Counted from the stretch's first letter, positions 27,939 to 40,617 are shown. The stretch: DNA of 64,000 bases from Octopus sinensis (GCF_006345805.1 NC_043003.1:77066001-77130000), one strand, 5' to 3'. The notes: generated from the sequence alone by a model not told the origin. Numbers and translations are program-made.

Positions 27939-28996
27939 CCTCTGTCTCACGCGTATAGAGATACATATCTATCTATTTCTCTATCAACTCATCTCTATCC
28001 ACATTTATGCTTGCATAAATGCATATTATACGTCGTGCACGCACATACACATATAGACATATATATGTGTGTATGCATGTTTGTTTGTGTGTTTGTGTGC
28101 GTGCATGTGGTGTGTGTGTGTATGTATGTGTGTGTATGCACATATGCATACACATATTTTTCTCAGATACTTTATCTTTTGCAATTCACAGTCTTCGTCA
28201 AATTTCATGCTGAAAATTGGTTCCGATCAAAATGTCAGAGATATGTCAGTTGTCGCTGTTATGTTGTATATTGTTTAATCCACGTGACAATGTGGAAATA
28301 AAAGTAAAATGCTTGCTTGTCTTTCGAGACAAATTACTATAATTACATTGTTTTTATTCATAACAATAGATCTGCTTGCGATATAAATTGTCAGTCGAAG
28401 TTAAACATTATGAAACAAACGAAGCGAAAGCACGCCATGTTTTAATCTCACGTCTGTTGAATGATAATGAAAGAGTACGAAGAAGAAGAAGTAAAAGAAC
28501 AAGAAATAAAGAAAGGAAGATTTCTCGAGGCTTAAAAATGATTACGATCGAAATGTCACAGAAAAGTCATTATTTCACACTCACCAGTAACTTCTAATGC
28601 GATTCACAATTTGATCAAAGTGTCACAGATACGTGATCGGCCAGTGACGCAGTTCATAGAGTTGCTAATGCTTCATATTGTGGTTATTAAGTTCACCTAA
28701 GTAAACAACAAGAGCACTGAGTAATTGGCAAAATGTCTGTTCTTTTCATGATCATGTTTACGACTAGCTGTCACTAGAATCGCCTATGATCGAAACAGAA
28801 ATGCCTCTGTAAGCCAATCCAGTAAAATAAAGTAACGTACACTATTTATGGAAGTACTGAATACGTTATTCTGTAAGTGGAAACTTTGTTTTTAAGTACA
28901 AACACACTCTTACATTTATATATGTGTATGTGTCTGTCTCTCTGTGCGTGTGTATGTCTGTCTGTGCATCTGTGTGTCTGTCTGTGCGTGTGTGTG

Positions 28997-29068
28997 TCTC
29001 CGGCAGGGAATTGAATCCCGGACTCACGCGTGACAAGCAGGAGGTACTGTTACCTCTGCTACGGAAGA
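28997..29068 (-). pseudogene. tRNA-Asp(GTC)-like pseudogene or isolated tRNA-derived head
   Basis: 72 nt: tcttccgtagcagaggtaacagtacctcctgcttGTCacgcgtgagtccgggattcaattccctgccggaga. It has a partly paired acceptor stem, a GTC anticodon loop and a T-arm with a mutated B box. Confidence 0.6.
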
Positions 29069-29164
29069 CTTGCGAGTCTTCACTAAATACAGTGATAAGT
29101 ATTCTCACCAACACATTTTAGAATATTCCTTTACATACAAGTGTGACTGGGTGATATAGCTGTC

Positions 29165-29546
29165 GGCGTGGCTGTGTGGTAAGATCCTTGCTTCCCAGCT
29201 GCGAGGTTCCGGGTTCAGTCCCACTGCGTGGCACCTTCAGCAATTGTCTTCTACTATAGAGTCGGACCGACAAACGCCTTGTGAGTGGAGTTGGTAGACG
29301 GAAACTGAAAGAAGCTCGTCGTATATTTATATGTATATATTTATGTGTGTACGTCTTTGTATAAGTGTTTCTCTCCCACCACCGCTTGACAACCGTAACT
29401 TAGCGGTTCGACAAAAGGGAACCGATAGAATAAATCCTAGTCTTTAAAAAATAACTCCTAGGGTCGATTTGTTCGACTAAAGATCTTCAATGCAGTGCCC
29501 CAGCATGGCCGCAGTCAAATGACTGTAACAAGTAAAACGTAAAAGA
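29165..29546 (+). mobile_element. SINE family A, full-length
   Basis: Head gtggctgtgtggtaag...gggttcagtccc; tail gcagtcaaatgactg.aacaagtaaaa. Confidence 0.9.
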
Positions 29547-29565
29547 TGTGTGTGTATGTGTGTGT

Positions 29566-29789
29566 CTTTTATCTTTTCCCTTTTACTTGTTTCAGTCATT
29601 TGACCGTGGCCATGTTGGAACACCACTTTGAAGGGTTTTAGTCGAACAAATTGACTCCAGGGCTTATGTTTTTTAATGCCTAGTACTTATTATATCTGTG
29701 TCTTTTGCTGAACCACTAAGTTACGGAGATGTAAACACACCAACACCGATTGTCAAGCAGTTGTGAGGGACAAACATAGACACAAAGAC

Positions 29790-29800
<11 letters not shown>
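29566..29800 (-). mobile_element. SINE family A, 3' half
   Basis: ttttacttgtttcagtcatttgacc...ctaagttacggagatgtaaacacacc. Confidence 0.85.
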
Positions 29801-29833
<33 letters not shown>

Positions 29834-30432
29834 CACACACAAAAATACACACATAAGGAAAAATCGAAACTGAAAATGCACTGAGAATCGTTAAAATATT
29901 TTTTATTAAAATATTTGAAGCGTTAACCGGTTTCACAGTTTACACTGATTTTCAAAAAGTTCAAATAGAAAGACATGGCTTATGTCGCAGTTGTCCTGCT
30001 TCTGACTAGTGTCTGAAGTTTGCCCTATTTTTATATGTTTTGAGTAGGACTTGATTGGTAGAGGATAATCATATTACTGGTCTTAGAAATGTTTGTAGGG
30101 TCCCTGCTATGTCCGTGTGTTAGTATCAAGTGACAATGTTTGGTGTCGTAAGTTAAGGCTGACACAATTGACTGAACAAGTCCAAACAATCAATGCTCTG
30201 AATGTTTTCTGTCAAGCGTTTGTAGAGAATGAACACGCAACCACGGCTGCCCCAAAACAGTTACTGTTAACCATAATTCTGGACGCTTCTTTACACAATT
30301 GTTATTTGTTGGCATTGTGCCTTTTTCTTCCTCATAATTATTTTTGTAATCATCTTCAAAAGGAATGCTATTGTTTCTATAAGTTGTGTTCTTCAAAATT
30401 AATCTCCTGTTTTTATTAAAACAGATAATATT

Positions 30433-31083
30433 GTTTCTAACGTTGGCACAAAGCCAGAAATTTGGTGGGGAGTAACATTGACTCTAATATTTCAGGGGTA
30501 ATTTTTTTCTATTGATTTCGGAAGCTTGAAAAGCAAAGTAGACTTAGGTGGGATTTGAATTCAGAATGTAAAAAACGGAACAAATTCTGTAGGGTATTTT
30601 ATTTATCTATTTTTTTTTCTCGCCTCTCTAACGGTTCTGCCAATATACTGTTCTGCTAAAGCAAGTACTAATTATTTCTACTATAGGCAAAGGCCCGAAA
30701 TTTTGGGGAAGGGAAATAGTCGATTTCTTTGACCCATCCCCCCACTCAATTTTCAACTGGTACTTATTTTATTGACTTCCAACTTATGAAAGGCAAAGTT
30801 GACCTCGGTAGAATTTGAACTCAGGATGCTAAGCCGGAAGAAATATCGCTATGCATTAGTGATATTTAGTTGGCCGCCTTTACAGTTTCAAATTCTGGCA
30901 CAAGGTCAGCAACTTTTAGGTTAGGGGACGGGACAAGTCGATTACATCGACTCCATACTTGATTGGTACTTTATTTTATCCACCCTCAAAGGCTGGAAGA
31001 CAAAGTTGATCTCGATGGGATTTTAGTTCAGAATGTACAGAACCAGAAAAAATGCCGCTAAACATTCTGTCAGTTCGCTACCT
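30433..31083 (-). mobile_element. Three head-to-tail SINE family B copies (30433-30643, 30675-30880, 30884-31083)
   Basis: Each has an aaag(g)caaagt.gac.tc.g..g.atttga core and a family B head or tail. Confidence 0.75.
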
Positions 31084-31087
31084 TCTA

Positions 31088-31200
31088 AAGCAGTAGTTCT
31101 CAACAATTTATTTACCTAAGGCTCCCTTTGACTCCTACTTTTCCTTGGATGGAGCCGCATAGCTATTTGATGTTTGATGGCCATTTTATACTTTTGTAAT
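31088..31200 (+). mobile_element. Possible hAT-type MITE end
   Basis: Starts with cagtagttctcaac, resembling hAT/Charlie TIRs. No partner TIR was found. Confidence 0.25.
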
Positions 31201-32237
31201 TAAATATTATTAGGAATTATATTTAAAAATTGTCAAAATATTTTGTGCATTGTAGAAGTATAAAAAATTTATTACAAATACATTTTAACAACAAAATTTT
31301 ACGTGCCCCCCCACCACCACCACCAAGGGCCTTGGCAAGTAATAATAAAATCAACATGAATATGGATATTGTTGCTTCATATTCAAAGGCCAATGGGCAA
31401 GGAATTAAGATCACGCTGATCATGCTGCTTTTGGTAGCTAATCAACAGCGAGAAAAGTTTACATCATTTGGCAACCAATCAGTGTGAAGACAGAGACTCA
31501 ACACTTCAGACATTTAATCTTTTAGTAGCCAAATGGTAGGCTAGAAGTAACAGCAGCCACATCTTACTCTTAGCTATATAGAAAGTCTAGGAGGTTGCGA
31601 TTGGCTCTACTAAGACTGAACTGCATCAAAATAACAACAAAAAATCTCGGAAGGATGCTGTACATGATCGTATGATTTGTTGGAAATAGCAGCCAAATCT
31701 AGAAATCATACTCTACCACCTTAGAGTATGGAGCATACGTTGAGCAAGTATTTTTAAGATAAGAGTACACATTTTTTTAAATGGAGGAATGGTTACGGTC
31801 TGTTCAATTAAGGCTGACTTGTCGCAAGTTCTGCTTGCTGACATGGCAACCACCACCAACAGTTTGAAAACAATGTAAAATGACCGATTGTGTTTCAAGA
31901 CAAGTGACTGTAATTACATTGTTTTTCTCCATAACAAAAGAGTTTCTTGCTAAACAAATGTTCAGTCAGCATTAAACATTATCAAACAAGTAAGCCGAAA
32001 GCACGCCATGGTGAGGCGGCGTTTGTGAAGACATCATTTTGTTCCGTATCATCTGCTTTATGAAACAAACACGATACAGCGATCGTCTGCCGAATGATAA
32101 TAGAAAGGAACAAAGAAAATTCACAAAGAATTTCTTTTCATCACGATTTCGAATATGAATTTTGAATAATTGTATGTGTACCTGTATGTGGATGAACGTG
32201 TTTCTATTTTTGCAACTTTATATGTGTTTATGGTTGC

Positions 32238-32239
<2 letters not shown>

Positions 32240-32280
<41 letters not shown>

Positions 32281-32297
32281 ATGTATGTATGTATGTC

Positions 32298-32370
<73 letters not shown>

Positions 32371-32392
32371 GTATGTATGTATGTCTATTTAT

Positions 32393-32444
<52 letters not shown>

Positions 32445-32535
32445 GTATGTATATATATATGTGTGTGTGTGTGTATGTTGTATGTATGTATATATATATA
32501 TATATTGTGTGTGTGTGTGTCTATGTATATATATA

Positions 32536-32567
<32 letters not shown>

Positions 32568-32614
32568 ATATATATATGTGTGTTTGTGTGTATGTATGTA
32601 TGTATGTATGTATG

Positions 32615-32645
<31 letters not shown>

Positions 32646-32953
32646 ATGTATGCATATATGAATGTATATATGTATGCATGTGAGCGTGTGTGTGTGTCTC
32701 TCTCTCTCTTTGTGTCTGTACATATATACATATATCCATATAGTAGCATGTGTATATCGATAAATTTGTTTCTATATGCGTGTATATGCGTGACGGTGTA
32801 ACAATGTCTATACACAATGAATATGTATGTATATACATTTGTATATGTGCGTGTGTGTATGAACACACATGTACATATATGTTTATTCATATGCATAGGT
32901 ATCACATACACATACACGCACAGACAGACAGATAGACAGGCAGACAGACAGAC

Positions 32954-32995
<42 letters not shown>

Positions 32996-33019
32996 GTAGA
33001 TAGATAGATAGATAGTTAG

Positions 33020-33091
<72 letters not shown>

Positions 33092-33135
33092 CAGACAAGC
33101 AGAAAGGCAAGCAGGCAGGTAGGTAGGTAGGTAGT
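32240..33135. repeat. TA/TG/TATG compound field followed by (GACA)n-(GATA)n-(GGTA)n
   Basis: Directly visible. Confidence 0.95.
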
Positions 33136-33177
33136 TTATATGTAAATCCTCAATTATGTAATGAACTTACTTGCGTG

Positions 33178-33447
33178 TTTCTTTATTAGCCACACAGGGT
33201 TGAACACAGACTGGACAAATTACAAAGTAGGGCTTTTCTTTTTGGGGAGAAAAAAAAGTGGGGTAGGTTTTCGATCAAAAGGGATTGTAAAACGGAAAGA
33301 AAAAAAAAGGTAAAAAAAAGATCACTAGGGATCGTGTATCACAGAAATGTCATGATGTAAAGTGTAAAGGGGGAAGCAGATAAGGTTTATCCGTGGAAAG
33401 AAAAGCCTACGGAAAAGACCACGGTGACCTCGGTCAATAATGTCACA
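33178..33447 (-). mobile_element. 5'-truncated Tx1-clade LINE copy (3' UTR only)
   Basis: Aligns to 57258-57565, e.g. ccgtggaaagaaaagcctacggaaaagaccacggt.acctcggtcaat. It is clearly diverged from that copy. Confidence 0.9.
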
Positions 33448-33764
33448 GATAGATGTTCGTATCTATTTACCGATCTATAAGTACGAATGTTGCAGTTGTT
33501 AGTAAATTTGTATTTTGCTTGTACTCTAAGTGTCCTTTTGTGCATATCAGTACAAAAAAAATGGTACGTGTTAGAGCGTGGGTCTCATTTTATACAAACC
33601 TGTTACTGTATTCAGCGTTTATGCACTGGGTCGGGAATACGCTAGAATGGGTTACCTTGTGAAAGAAAACCAAGTATCATTCAATTAACACCTCGATGAA
33701 ATAGACGTCGTGTTATTGAAACTGTTTACATCAAGATCATATGGTCTCACCTTTTATCCTTTCT

Positions 33765-33990
33765 TTTTCTTTTACTTGTTTTAATCAATGAACTGCGGCC
33801 TTACTGGGGCATCGCTTGAATGGTTTTAGTTGGACGAATCAGTGCCAGTACTTTTTTAACGCTAAGTTGCGGGGATGTGAACAAGGCAACACCAAGCGAA
33901 GGACAAACACAATCACAAACGCAAAGACACATACGCACGCACACGCGCGCACACACACAACACACACCACACACACACACCACACACACA
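33765..33990 (-). mobile_element. Degraded SINE family A 3' half, ending in the (CA)n tract where the mariner inserted
   Basis: ttttacttgtt...actgcggcc...gctaagttgcggggatgtgaac. Confidence 0.7.
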
Positions 33991-33992
33991 TA

Positions 33993-34817
33993 CTAGGTCT
34001 GATCAATAAGTATCCGGACTGTTGCCATAGTAACGATTTTAAAGCCCGCAGAGTGAAGCTGCTGGGCACAGATTGACCTTGAACTCTGATCTGAATGCGC
34101 ATAAAGTTTTAACGCTCTAGCTCACTTCCGCTGTTTACAGCAGTCTTTAGAAGGAAAGTGTGTAGCGTGTGATCGTCGCATTGACCATGACAGAGAAAGT
34201 TGTCATGGCGATAGTTGCAGAAAGCGTACGGAGAGGAGTGTATGGGTCGCACACAAGTGTACGAGTGGTTCAGACGTTTCCAAAATTGTCGGGAAATGTC
34301 TTGGAGACCTGCAACCAGCAGAACTGAGAAAAATAATGCAGATGTGCGCGCAGCTGTGAGGGGAAATCGTCGAATTACCATCCGTGAGTTATCAGAGGAT
34401 GTACAGATTAGTTACGGTTCAGTTCAGTCCCTTATCACTTAAGATTTGGGTATGAGACGCGTGTCTGCCAAGTCTGTGCAAGTCGGATTTCAGTTGTAGA
34501 AGACCTCCTTGATTGAGTCGAGAACGATGAAAACTATTTTGAAAACTTTGCGTAGACTTCTGAGCGGGAATCACCAAGCTTTTGGCGAAATCTGATGTAG
34601 ATTCTCTGCTCAACTTCCTCTGTCATGGTCAATGCCACGATCACACGCTACACACCTTACTTCCAAGCACTGCTGCAAACAGCGGAAGGGAGCTAGAATG
34701 GTAAAACTTAGTGCACATGCACGGCGGTGTTCAAGGTAAATCTATGTCAAGCGGATTCACTCTGCGTGCTTTAGCTTCATCACTATGACAACATTCCTGA
34801 TACTTATTGAGACCATG
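33993..34817 (+). mobile_element. Non-autonomous mariner derivative with long inverted repeats and TA target duplication
   Basis: Ends are TA|ctaggtctgatcaataagtatccgga and tcctgatacttattgagaccatg|TA. The internal frame QKAYGEECMGRTQVYEWFRRF...NRRITIRELSE...LGMRRVSAK is the mariner transposase HTH region. Confidence 0.92.
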
Positions 34818-34834
34818 TATGTGTGTGTGTGTGT

Positions 34835-35489
34835 CTTATTTGCAGTTTACTATGTGTACCTCACAAGTGGGAGGTCTATTTCGGACAAATATAATTGCTA
34901 TATTCTTCGTGCGTGTTTACATATAGTGAGGGATGCGCGGTTTTTCAAGCAAACAGGTACTTATTGTACCCTGACTTTTTATTATTTCAAATTTAGCTTA
35001 TTTGAGTAATGTTTGCTGGCCACTTTATCATTATTTTTATAGAAAATAACTTTTTTGAATTTTTTTACTTTATACTTGCTCACTAACATTCGTTTGGAAG
35101 TCGCGAGGGCCTTCTGTTGAACAACGCGCACGGAGAGGTAAATATGTTTTTTGAAATAGTTTATGTTAAGTCTGGCTGACGTACTTTGAATTGTTGGTTC
35201 AACACAAAGCGAAATCAATTGATACTAGAATGGCTATGATCTTATTTGTATTTTACTATATTTATCATAAAAGTGGGAGGACTGCTCCGGGGAAATATAA
35301 TTGCTATATTCTTAGTGCGAGTTTACATTTAGTGGGGGATGCGCGGTTTTGGAGGATTTAAACTCCTCTTTCAAGCAAACGGGTACTTATCGCACCCTGA
35401 CTCTTTATTATCATTATATATTTTGCTTATTTAAATAATGTTTGGTGGCCACTTTATGATTATTTTTATAGATAATAACTTATTTGAAT
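34835..35489. repeat. Two diverged direct repeats of ~230 bp (34835-35060 and 35241-35489), period ~406 bp
   Basis: Shared aagtgggagg...aaatataattgctatattctt..tgcg.gtttaca...gggatgcgcggtttt...tcaagcaaac.ggtacttat. Confidence 0.85.
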
Positions 35490-35640
35490 ATATATATAAG
35501 TTTCTTACCAAATACATTCACCGGACTTTGTTGGACCCTGGACTATAGCAGATGACACTTGCTCAAGGTGCCGTGCAGTGGGACTGAACCCGAAACCGTG
35601 TAGTTGGGAATCAAACTTCTTAAAGCACAGCCACGCCTAC
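35490..35640 (-). mobile_element. SINE family A, head fragment
   Basis: gacacttgctcaaggtgccgtgcagtgggactgaacccg...cacagccacgcct. Confidence 0.8.
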
Positions 35641-36839
35641 ATCTCTCGGAACTAACCCCATCAATCTTCTAACGATGTCCTTGGTTTTATCAAATGATAA
35701 TTATAATTTTCTTTTAATGTGAACAAAATCGAAACTTAATACTAAATGGAAACCTTCAAGGAAACGCAAATGTCATTCCATAATCACCAAACCGTCTAAT
35801 TACGAACAAATTAAAAACCCAAACTATCTGGCAACCAGACGATGAACCTCTAGAAGAAACTGAGATCCATGCAATGTTTCTCCAATTCAAATGCATCTGA
35901 ACAGATGCAGGGGCTGTAAACAATTGTATGACGGTTTGAAAGATCCTCACGAACACAGAAATTATATGAATGCAAACAACTTTTTCTCTGATAGTCATTT
36001 GGTGGAAAATTATTTTCACACTGCATTATTATACAAAACATTTTAGTTCTCTGCTTAACTCTCCCTCTATTGTCGAATACTAACTACAAATATGCAATGA
36101 ATGGTAACCAGACATGTATCATGAAGTTTAAGCATGCAATTTAGCTGCTATTTTCTGGGTGTACTACACTAGCTGCTCTAATCTCGTTAGAAACAAAGTA
36201 TTATCTCTTTAGAAACTAGGCATTATCTGGTGGAGTAGCTATTCTAATCTCGTTAGGAATTAGACATTGTATCTTAAAAATTCACGGAAACAACAGCGAT
36301 TCACCTACTCAAAAACAAAGAAACGATATGACACGGCTTTAACTGCCATGGCTTATCACATGTCAGATGCAGCTGAGAGTCTTATGCAAAACATACGAAA
36401 CAGAATTATCTGCAACATTATTTAACTATTTTTACTGAATCACAATATGTATTCCACATTGGAGCAAACACGACTGATACTTTTGCAGCGAGGTAGTCGA
36501 GGGAGAGGAACATAAGGAAAATAGAGACTTATAAACTGTAATCGATGACATCATAAACATCAACGAAGGCCGTCAGCTGATTCAGAGCATATGTAGTATC
36601 CAGGACCTAGTGTTAAAAATCATGTTCTCGTTCCATCAATAATGATGGTTTCAGCTTGTTAATACATATTTACATAAGTGTACTTACATATTTACGAACT
36701 ACATACAAAAACGTTCCCCTGTTTACCAGTAATCAATAGCACAAAGAAAAGTCTTGTAATGTTGTCAGTGATATTTACTCAGTTTTTTTCTTCGTATCTG
36801 CTCAAGTTTGAAGCAAACATAGAGTACCATTAGTATGGA

Positions 36840-36960
36840 GATCTAATCAATCACAAATAATTCAAAGTTCACATAAAACATAGACGGAGATTCTTTGTGA
36901 ACTGATCTTTGCTGACGGCGCTACTTTTGTAACTACGGATATTATGTTAATGATATTAAA
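36840..36960 (+). mobile_element. RTE/BovB-type RT fragment
   Basis: Reads TEILCELIFADGATFV, resembling BovB-type RELLFADDCALVAH. Confidence 0.45.
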
Positions 36961-37350
36961 CAATATGCTTATGTAAACACTTATTCTGAGATCGGAAACA
37001 AATAGGAAAATTTCGCTCGATAGGAGTTCACACACACACACACACACACACACACCATGCACGCATACTAACACACAAGCGCACAGAGTTTATACACACA
37101 CACACTTACACATACATATGTGTGTGAGTGTGTGCGTATAAACTCATGTCGAGCGAAAGATGTGAAGAATGAATTCCACCTTTTACACACGCACACAAAC
37201 ACACATACACACATATATACATATATAAATGCATATACATACATGCATATATATATGCATATACATACATGCATATATATATATATGTATATATATATAG
37301 TATATATATATGTATATATATGTATATATATGTATATATATATATAATAT

Positions 37351-37382
<32 letters not shown>

Positions 37383-37491
37383 ATATATATATAATATATA
37401 TATATATATATTATATATATATATATATACATACATAAGAGAACAAGGTGTACGTTACGCCGCAATAATATATATATATATATATATATAC

Positions 37492-37527
<36 letters not shown>

Positions 37528-37573
37528 ATATATATATATATAATATATATTATATATATATATATATATTATA

Positions 37574-37623
<50 letters not shown>

Positions 37624-38004
37624 TATGTTTGGTTTGTTTGGCATCCTTTCTGTCTCGGGAGACAATGGAGTTGCGCATTTTTTTTTTTTCTAGGTCTAGT
37701 CCGGCTGTTATATTTTATTTCCTGTTACATTTCTTGCTGTGGCTGTGTAGTCCTATCCTGGACAAACACTCCCTCTAGCAGGTACCGCAAATGTAGCGAG
37801 GACTGTTCCTGGCTGGTTGTAGTGCCATGGTCTCTTGTTTATGCCTCTTCCTTTCTTTCCATTTCTCCTCTCTCTTTCTGTCACTCCTCTATATACCCTC
37901 TTTTACTGTACGTCGCCATTCTCCACGGTTGCCGGCGACTGCCTCCCAACCGCTAATGTTGATGTTGCAGGCCTTCATATCCCTTTTGCAAACATCCTTA
38001 ACCT

Positions 38005-38230
38005 CGGACCCTACACTGCGAAAATGTTTTGCTGCTTCTATCAAGGTTGCCCTCAGTAGCTGCCCAACCTCCTCTGCTGAAAGTAGGTGGGACTATATCA
38101 GGGAAGCCTTGTATACGACATCATTGGATACTTTCGGCATGAGAGAAAGGCAAAACCCAGATTGGTTCAATGCTGGGCTCTCAGAGCTGGAGCCAGTTAT
38201 CGAAGCAAAGCGTACAGCTCTGGTGCAATA
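38005..38230 (+). mobile_element. RTE/BovB-type LINE fragment (EN-RT linker)
   Basis: SAESRWDYIREALYTTSLDTFGMRERQNPDWFNAGLSELEPVIEAKR, the characteristic RTE linker with the N.DWF motif. Confidence 0.8.
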
Positions 38231-38272
38231 CATATATATATATACATATATATACAATATATATATATATAT

Positions 38273-38358
<86 letters not shown>

Positions 38359-38987
38359 AAATCCGTTCTGTCTCCGTGTGTGTCTTCTAGGATCTCGGGC
38401 ATCCTTCATCCGATTGCGCTCAAATTTGATACGTAGATACCGACGGTATCAGGGCGTGTATAAGTCTTGAAAAAATTACAAAAATCGATTCTAAGTGAGA
38501 ATGCGTTCGATAAAGCCGTGGGAACGTTCATTTGTAAGCGCAAGCATATCAGCTGTTGCGATCGATACTGCGCGTACGCGAGAAAAATGCACGTACAGTT
38601 TGCACAAAAAAGGTCGACCGGCTTGAAATAATGCCACGAGAAAATTTTGTTTAAATGTTTGACAACTCAGCACTGTCCATTGGACGGGAGGCGCTTTGCT
38701 CGTATATATATATATATATATATATATTGGTTGATTTATTGGTTTAGTGTTGGTATTTATCACTATACCAGAAAAAAATATAAGCAGGGAGGTAATACTA
38801 GAAAGTTAAAATTTGAGGAGAAGGGATTGGACACAGTGGTTAGGAGCATTCAGGCATTCAAGAAAAGATCAAAAGAAGAGATTGGAGTATCGAATGCATG
38901 TATATGAGGCTGATATGCAACCTGCGTTTCAGAGGAGAAAGTGTCTTTAGAGTAAAGATAGAAGAGACAGAGCAAGTGTACAGTGTA

Positions 38988-39410
38988 TAACTCTTTACTC
39001 TTTACTCTTTTACTTGTTTCAGTCATTTGACTGCGGCCATGCTGGAGCACCGCCTTTAATCGAGCAACTCGACCCCGGGACTTATTCTTTTGTAAGCCCA
39101 CTACTTATTCTATCGGTCTCTTTTGCATAACCGCTAAGTAACGGGGACATAAACACACCAGCATTGGTTGTCAAGCAATGCTAGGGGGACAAACACAGAT
39201 ACACAAACACACACATGCATATATATATATATATATACATATATACAACGGGCTTCTTTCAGTTTCCATCTACCAAATCCACTCACAAGGCTTTGGTCGG
39301 CCCGAGGCTATAGTAGAAGACACTTGCCCAAGGTGCCACGCAGTGGGACTGCACCCGGAACCATGTGGTTGGTAAGCAAGCTACTTACCACACAGCCACT
39401 CCTGCGCCTA
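38988..39410 (-). mobile_element. SINE family A, full-length and the least degraded copy
   Basis: Sense 5' end aggcgcaggagtggctgtgtggtaag (A box), gggtgcagtccc (B-box variant), internal (TA)(TG), 3' (aaagagt)n tail. Confidence 0.95.
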
Positions 39411-39965
39411 TAAGTAGACAAAAAGTTGGACAGAGCTAGGTATCATGCCTTTGGTCTCTTTCTTTTCGATGGTGTCTAAGATATTTTTGTGTTTAGCCAC
39501 AGTACCGTACTAGATGAGTGTACATTTGATAAGTGCACAAAATTTCAATTTAAATAGATATATGAAAACCCTCGGTATCTTATACTGAATGGTGCCCTCC
39601 TCTGTCGCTGCAAAATATGTGTGTGTGTGTGTGTGAGTGTGTGTGTGTGTCTGTGTGTGTCTGTGTGTGTGTATATGTGTGTCTGTGTGTGTGTGTGTCT
39701 GTGTCTGTGTGTGTGTGTATATGTGTGTCTGTGTGTGTGTCTGTGTCTGTGTGTGTGTGTTTCATTCTCAGACAGGTGAGGTTTTATTTGACATGGTTCA
39801 AGCTAACATATGTTGGTGTCGTAGGGTAGAAATAACTCTTCCATTTCTACCATGTTTCACTAACCAACAGTTAAAGGTTATATCTAGTTAGAAATAGAGA
39901 CAGTTTTTATACTACGATCTCCTAATTCAGACTAAGGCCTAACTGTCTTCTTCTCATTAATATGT

Positions 39966-40385
39966 AGGTGGCGAGCTGGCGATTGAAATGCTTAGCGGTA
40001 TTTTGCCGATCTGAAGGCGGCGAGCTGGCAGAAACGTTAGAAGGCCGGACGAAATGTTTAGCGTTATTTCATCTGCCACTACGTTCTGACTTCAAATTCT
40101 GCCGAGTTCGACTTTGCCTTTCATTCTTTCGGGGTCGATTAAATAAGTACCAGTTACGCACTAGGGTCGATATAATCGACTTAATCCGTTTGTCTGTCCT
40201 TGTTTGTCATCTCTGTGTTTAGCCCCTTGTGGGTAGTAAAGAAATAGAAAGAGGTATTTTACCGATCTGTACGTTCTGAGTTCAAATTCCAACTTCTTTT
40301 GTAGCTGATGAAATAAGTACCAATTGAGCCCTGAGATTCATGTAATCCCTCCCTGGAAATTGCTGGCCTGGTAACCAAAATTTAA
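39966..40385 (+). mobile_element. Older SINE B (39966-40013 plus 40253-40385) interrupted by a younger full-length SINE B1 (40014-40250)
   Basis: 17-bp TSD ggtattttgccgatctg (39997-40013) / ggtattttaccgatctg (40253-40269). Confidence 0.88.
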
Positions 40386-40389
40386 GAAG

Positions 40390-40575
40390 ACGGCGGCGAG
40401 CTGGCTGAATCGTTACCGCACCGAAAAATGTTTTACAGCATTTCTTCCGACGTTACGTTCTAAGTTCAAATGCCACTGGGATTGACTTAGCCTTTCATCC
40501 TTTCGGAGTCGATAAATGGATTTGATGTAATCGACTTACTCCTTCCTCCAAAATTACTGGCCTTGGGCCAAAATT
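40390..40575 (+). mobile_element. SINE family B, tail variant B2
   Basis: ggcggcgagctggctgaatcgtt head; aaaattactggccttgggccaaaattt tail. Confidence 0.85.
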
Positions 40576-40617
40576 TATCCCAATATATGGGATTTGATAT
40601 CAAATGCCTGTCATATA

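Noticed and set aside
35860-36050. CRGC...HEH stretch suggestive of a C2H2 zinc finger
   Set aside because: It lacks the second His, the linker and tandem fingers, and has no splice context.
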